Assembly (NCBI GenBank): GCA_029856145.1
Contig: JAHQWK010000026.1
Location: 27,628-91,627 of the forward strand
Source: Promethearchaeia archaeon
GTDB lineage: Archaea; Asgardarchaeota; Lokiarchaeia; Sigyniarchaeales; SOKP01
Length of the DNA stretch: 64,000 bases
Reading direction: 5' to 3'
In this document: one piece after another, positions 59,909 to 64,000 of the stretch
Layout of the letters: the number at the start of each line of letters is the position of its first letter
How positions within the stretch are numbered: position 1 is the stretch's first letter
Made by a program: the position numbers and the translations under genes
The notes under the pieces: generated by a model
Told to the model about the DNA's origin: nothing
The model's database searches: none
What the model saw: only the letters and a program-made list of their open reading frames with translations

Positions 59909-61669
59909 ATGAAAAACAAAAGCAAATTGAGACTAACCCTAATAATAATTGGGATAGTTTTTACGTTATCAACCATAAGCAATTTTAATATCATTAATGA
60001 CCATGGTGAAAATGATAGGACCACTGAAATTCGAGACGAGAGAAATTTTAAAAGTCTCAAAAGTTCAGGTTATTGGAACCTAGATTTTATACATGTTGAT
60101 TACAACTGGACATTTACGTCAATAGACTATGATTGGTGTAGCGGCGATGGTTCATGGGGTAATCCCTTCCTAATTGAAAACGTTACCATTAATGCTCAAG
60201 ATAGTGTAAGTCCTATCGTTATTGAAAATAGTAATGCTTATTTTATAATTAGGAATTGTACACTTTATAATGCAAGCTCTTTTCCTTATACCGGCATCCT
60301 CTTAAATAACACCTCTAACGGTACAGTAATAAACAATTATTGTCACGATCTCTATGCAGGAATCCATTTAGAAAATAGTGATAACAACACGGTCTCGGGG
60401 AATATCGCCAGTGATAATTATGTTGGGATATATTGTGGTTATTTTAGTCATAACAACACGATTTCAGGAAATAACATCAGTAACAACAGTTATGGAATGT
60501 TGTCAACTTTAAGTCATAACAACACGATTTCTGGAAATACTGCCAATAACAATCATAATTTTGGAATAGACTTACATCTTTGTGAAAATAACACGATTTC
60601 TGGAAATACTGCCAATAACAACAGTTTGGGATTCACGATAGAAATGTGTCATTACAGCAAGATTTTGGGAAATACCGCTAATAACAACACTAATGATGGA
60701 TTTTTACTTAGTAGTGGTAATAATTACACAGTTTCGGGAAATACTGCTAATTACAACAAGCGTGATGGAATATACTTATCAGGGTGTAATAAATTTCCAC
60801 TAGCTTATCATTTCCATTCATCGGTCTCGGGAAATACTGCTAATTACAACTCCCGAGATGGAATACGGTTAATTAATAGTAATGACCTCGTGGTTTCGGG
60901 AAATAATGCTAATTACAACTCCCGCGATGGAATATACTTATGGGGGTTCAATTATGATGATAACGCGGATAATATAGTTTCGGGAAATACGCTTAGTTAC
61001 AACACGGTATATGGAATAGAATTATCCCTGGAGGGTCATGACAACACAATCTTTTTAAATAATTTTATAAATAATGGGCAAAATGCTTTAGATGATGTTG
61101 GATATATTAACCGGAAAAACAGGTGGGATAATGGAGAAATAGGTAATTCTTGGGATGATTATATCGGTGTGGATCTTAATGATGATGGGATTGGAGATTC
61201 ACCCTATTTAATCAATGGATCAGCAGGAAGTATTGATCGTTATCCTATTTTTGATGATGGTCAAGACGATTTTACCCCCCCGATTATCGCTATAATCGAG
61301 CCTAGTGATGGAGAGGTGTTCGGCGTATCTCCTCCCCCGTATGTAGTCAATATCACAGAACCTATTTTGGACACTGTCTGGTACACAATGGATGGAGGAG
61401 TCCACAACATTACAATTACGGTATTTACTGGAAGTCTTGATGAAAACATATGGAATACTCTTTCTGATGGTCAAGTTACGATTATTTTTTATGCGAATGA
61501 TACCAATGGAAATATCGGCACAAACAGTGTCATTATAATTAAGGATACCATTGAAGAATTTCCTCTCACATTAGTCATTATCGTAATCTCATCAATTGCA
61601 GGAATAGGAGTAGCGGGAGTTTCGATGGCTCTGTTACGTAAAAGAAAACGAATGAGTAAAGTTATATAA
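59909..61669 (+). CDS. Secreted right-handed beta-helix (NosD/PbH1) protein with Ig-like domain and C-terminal TM
   Basis: Signal peptide, GDGSWGNPFLIEN, about 10 NNTISGNTANNN repeats, GNSWDDY.GVD.NDDGIGD.PY, TM+RKRKR. Confidence 0.9.
   Translation: MKNKSKLRLTLIIIGIVFTLSTISNFNIINDHGENDRTTEIRDERNFKSLKSSGYWNLDFIHVDYNWTFTSIDYDWCSGDGSWGNPFLIENVTINAQDSVSPIVIENSNAYFIIRNCTLYNASSFPYTGILLNNTSNGTVINNYCHDLYAGIHLENSDNNTVSGNIASDNYVGIYCGYFSHNNTISGNNISNNSYGMLSTLSHNNTISGNTANNNHNFGIDLHLCENNTISGNTANNNSLGFTIEMCHYSKILGNTANNNTNDGFLLSSGNNYTVSGNTANYNKRDGIYLSGCNKFPLAYHFHSSVSGNTANYNSRDGIRLINSNDLVVSGNNANYNSRDGIYLWGFNYDDNADNIVSGNTLSYNTVYGIELSLEGHDNTIFLNNFINNGQNALDDVGYINRKNRWDNGEIGNSWDDYIGVDLNDDGIGDSPYLINGSAGSIDRYPIFDDGQDDFTPPIIAIIEPSDGEVFGVSPPPYVVNITEPILDTVWYTMDGGVHNITITVFTGSLDENIWNTLSDGQVTIIFYANDTNGNIGTNSVIIIKDTIEEFPLTLVIIVISSIAGIGVAGVSMALLRKRKRMSKVI
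60375..61010 (+). repeat. Coding tandem repeats of beta-helix turns
   Basis: Recurrent ataacaacacgatttcNggaaat / tcgggaaatactgctaattacaac units. Confidence 0.85.
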
Positions 61670-61691
61670 TATTTTTTTTCTCATTTCAAAG

Positions 61692-61811
61692 GAATTTTCA
61701 TTGAAATCAGACTCTGAATTTACCTTTCCAAAATGATAAACTTTACTAGAATAAAAATTATAATTGCTATAAAAATAAGAAAAAGAAAATAAAAAACTTG
61801 CTCTAGAACAT
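61692..61811. repeat. Dispersed repeat copy 2 (120 bp)
   Basis: Near-identical to 58821-58940. Confidence 0.95.
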
Positions 61812-61949
61812 TTTCCATCAACTCTACTCAACTCAAACCTTCTAAATTTTTATTGGAATTACATAAAAAATATCAATTAATGGACTCCCACTCATTAATC
61901 AGTTATCTTTGAGATGAATATATTAAAACCTAAAAAATAAAATTCGAAA

Positions 61950-62699
61950 ATGAAAATGTCAAATATAGGTGTTAAAAAAGAATTCCATGATTTTGGTAAA
62001 TATATTCAAGTTGCTGCAATTTTAACGATTGTTAGCATTACCACAGGAATAGCTGGTTTTATAGCATTGATTTTTATTTTTATTGCAATGGGAAGTCTTA
62101 AAAGGGCAAATTATACCTTAAATAACTCGTCGTTACATGAATTTCGCTCAAAATATATCAAGGGTTTTATTTCAAGAATATGTGGTATGGTCGTCTTGAT
62201 TATCGGAGGTGTTAACCTTGCTTTATTTTTCTTTATCCCAACCTCGTTCCCTATCTATATCTCGCTCTCTATACCTATAATTCTTATGATATCGGGTATA
62301 GTGTTTACATATGTAGGCGTGGCAGCTGAAATGAAAGCGTGGAAAAATCTGAAAATATTTTTTGAGAATAATTTTAAGATGTTTCCAGCTAATATATCTG
62401 AAGAGGCAATTAAGGGATGCGATAAACTAAAAAAAGGTACACTCTTAAGTTCATTATGGTTTTTAATCGTTCCGGCAATCATCGGATTTATCTATCAAGT
62501 TAAAGGATATTTTATGCTAGCAACATTAAACAAATTGTCGGCTAATGACGCTCCAGAATCTTCAGAACTGCAAGTAGACTTACATAGGCCTCAACTAATA
62601 AAAAATCCTGAAAGAAAAATCAATTTTTGCCCAAATTGTGGAGCCAAATTATCTAAACTAGGAAACTTTTGTGCTTTATATGGTTCAGAGATTAGATAA
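61950..62699 (+). CDS. Membrane protein with degenerate C-terminal zinc ribbon
   Basis: About 4-5 TM; FCPNCG...FCALYG (last Cys replaced by Tyr). Confidence 0.75.
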   Translation: MKMSNIGVKKEFHDFGKYIQVAAILTIVSITTGIAGFIALIFIFIAMGSLKRANYTLNNSSLHEFRSKYIKGFISRICGMVVLIIGGVNLALFFFIPTSFPIYISLSIPIILMISGIVFTYVGVAAEMKAWKNLKIFFENNFKMFPANISEEAIKGCDKLKKGTLLSSLWFLIVPAIIGFIYQVKGYFMLATLNKLSANDAPESSELQVDLHRPQLIKNPERKINFCPNCGAKLSKLGNFCALYGSEIR

Positions 62700-62791
62700 T
62701 ATTTATTTTTTTTCTTTTTATAGTTTTTTATAAATATTTACAAAATTATTGTTCTAATGCTATTTACTGTTTTTGGATAATTTTTCAAAGA

Positions 62792-62829
62792 AATTTTCAT
62801 TGAAATCAGACTCCGAATTTACCTTTCCA
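62792..62829. repeat. Dispersed repeat copy 3 (38-bp core)
   Basis: AATTTTCATTGAAATCAGACTCCGAATTTACCTTTCCA. Confidence 0.9.
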
Positions 62830-62925
62830 TCCAAATTTTCATTAAATTTGGGATAAAAATTAAAAAAAGTAAGGACCCTTCTATCCACTTATTTTACAGA
62901 ACAAAACTCTTTATACATTTAATTA

Positions 62926-63609
62926 TTAAGCTGGTATAATGAATGGAACGATCGTAAGGAGAATCGTAATAACAGTAAGTAACTTAGATAAGAATTTAGC
63001 CTTGATTAAAGGAGTCTCTATTACTTTAATGAGCAGCTGAAGATAATAACTTTGAGCAGCATAATTTTCTACCTTTTCATGTTTATAGTAATCATTCAGT
63101 AGATTTTTTTTTAATTCTCCCTTTGTTTTTTCAGATTCTTTAACATAATCTAATATTGCCCAAATAAGCGTTACGAGAAAAAGAGTAGAAAAGCCAAAAT
63201 AGACCCAAATAAAAATGCTTAGTACGCTTACAGCTTCAATAAAACCTAAAAATATAAAAGAAAGAAAGAAATAACCATAAACGAATTGTCCAGCGTACAG
63301 AACAAGGGGAGAAACATTCACAGAATTAAAAACTAAGAGGGAATTCTCTGGGTGGTCATCATGTTTCTGCTGCCATACAAATACAATCATACTTAAAAAA
63401 AAAGCAAGGGTAAGTAAGAGCATGAATGAAAGAAGCAGGTCGATGAAAAAATTCGGGATTAATAAGATAAAAATAATAACTAGAGCTATATTTATCAATG
63501 GAAGAAGACCAAGAAGATCCCTTTTACTTAGTATCATAGGCTCTTCTACTTCTGTTGGTATCCTCAAAGGACCACCTTTTCTTTTTGGTTTACTCGATTC
63601 ATCACTCAA
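62926..63609 (-). CDS. Membrane protein (about 5 TM)
   Basis: 227-aa hydrophobic ORF, TTG start after GGTGAGG. Confidence 0.7.
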   Translation of the reverse strand: MSDESSKPKRKGGPLRIPTEVEEPMILSKRDLLGLLPLINIALVIIFILLIPNFFIDLLLSFMLLLTLAFFLSMIVFVWQQKHDDHPENSLLVFNSVNVSPLVLYAGQFVYGYFFLSFIFLGFIEAVSVLSIFIWVYFGFSTLFLVTLIWAILDYVKESEKTKGELKKNLLNDYYKHEKVENYAAQSYYLQLLIKVIETPLIKAKFLSKLLTVITILLTIVPFIIPA

Positions 63610-63890
63610 GGTCGTTATGCCTCACCCATATACTTTTCAAGTATCGTTTCTGTTATGACAAGTTTCAATTTGCATATATATCATAAAAGGATTAGTATGT
63701 CTAATTTGCCAATATTTTTAAATTTTATAAGAAAGGTTCTTGAAATATACCAAAATTCTCTGCAGATATAATTAGTTTTTCTTAAATGAATTATTTAAAA
63801 TTCCAACCTTCTTTTTTTATTCTTTTTCTAAGAATTTCATGCTAATTTTCTTTAAATAGATATTTTAGTGAATTTATAGTTTTTCACAGG

Positions 63891-63928
63891 AATTTTCATT
63901 GAAATCAGACTCTGAATTTACCTTTCCA
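63891..63928. repeat. Dispersed repeat copy 4 (38-bp core)
   Basis: AATTTTCATTGAAATCAGACTCTGAATTTACCTTTCCA. Confidence 0.9.
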
Positions 63929-64000
63929 TCCCAATTTTAATAGAATAAATAACCTGTAGTAGGATTAGAAATAGAATATAGATTCCCAAAACAATAGTAA

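Noticed and set aside
2478-63658. Many short ORFs antisense to or nested in long genes (e.g. 3851-4162, 18419-18826, 26382-26795, 29976-30428, 36889-37263, 57968-58339)
   Set aside because: Shadow frames of well-supported genes, with no motifs
58821-63928. CRISPR array (repeat contains ATTGAAA and is ~38 bp)
   Set aside because: Copies are 1.1-2.9 kb apart with whole genes between them; ATTGAAA is internal rather than terminal; no cas genes

Overview
Very AT-rich archaeal DNA that reads as an Asgard archaeon, most likely Lokiarchaeia. The evidence is a set of eukaryotic-signature proteins (two Roadblock/LC7, two longin-like, a ubiquitin-like protein, a Rab-like GTPase-LRR-TM fusion, an Ssl1/p44-like VWA-double zinc finger, an AN1 zinc finger) among archaeal housekeeping and metabolic genes (metG, M20/M29 peptidases, crotonases, a glycyl-radical enzyme, Mrp, a divergent fwdBDA cluster). 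No rRNA, tRNA, CRISPR array or transposase was recognised. The most notable signals are absent from the ORF track. (1) Two paralogous Tyr-rich micro-ORFs (YEYYKxxKAxxDA...YY*) with ribosome-binding sites head a co-oriented cluster: SagB/ThcOx flavoenzyme, bactofilin-like protein, RHH regulator, aminopeptidase and 2 MFS exporters. Its promoter carries repeated TGTGTAT boxes, making it a candidate Asgard RiPP-like peptide system. (2) A ~350-nt ORF-free, promoter-preceded RNA with about 14 mutually compatible helices, GNRA loops and a possible long-range pseudoknot (40997-41343). (3) A candidate small membrane selenoprotein (GGGG-UGA-GC) followed by a eukaryote-like SECIS/K-turn hairpin (48775-49066). 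(4) A 38-bp double-palindrome repeated four times, delimiting gene modules at the end of the window. (5) Several genes that seem to need ATT/ATA start codons. All calls were made by eye; no searches or folding programs were run.
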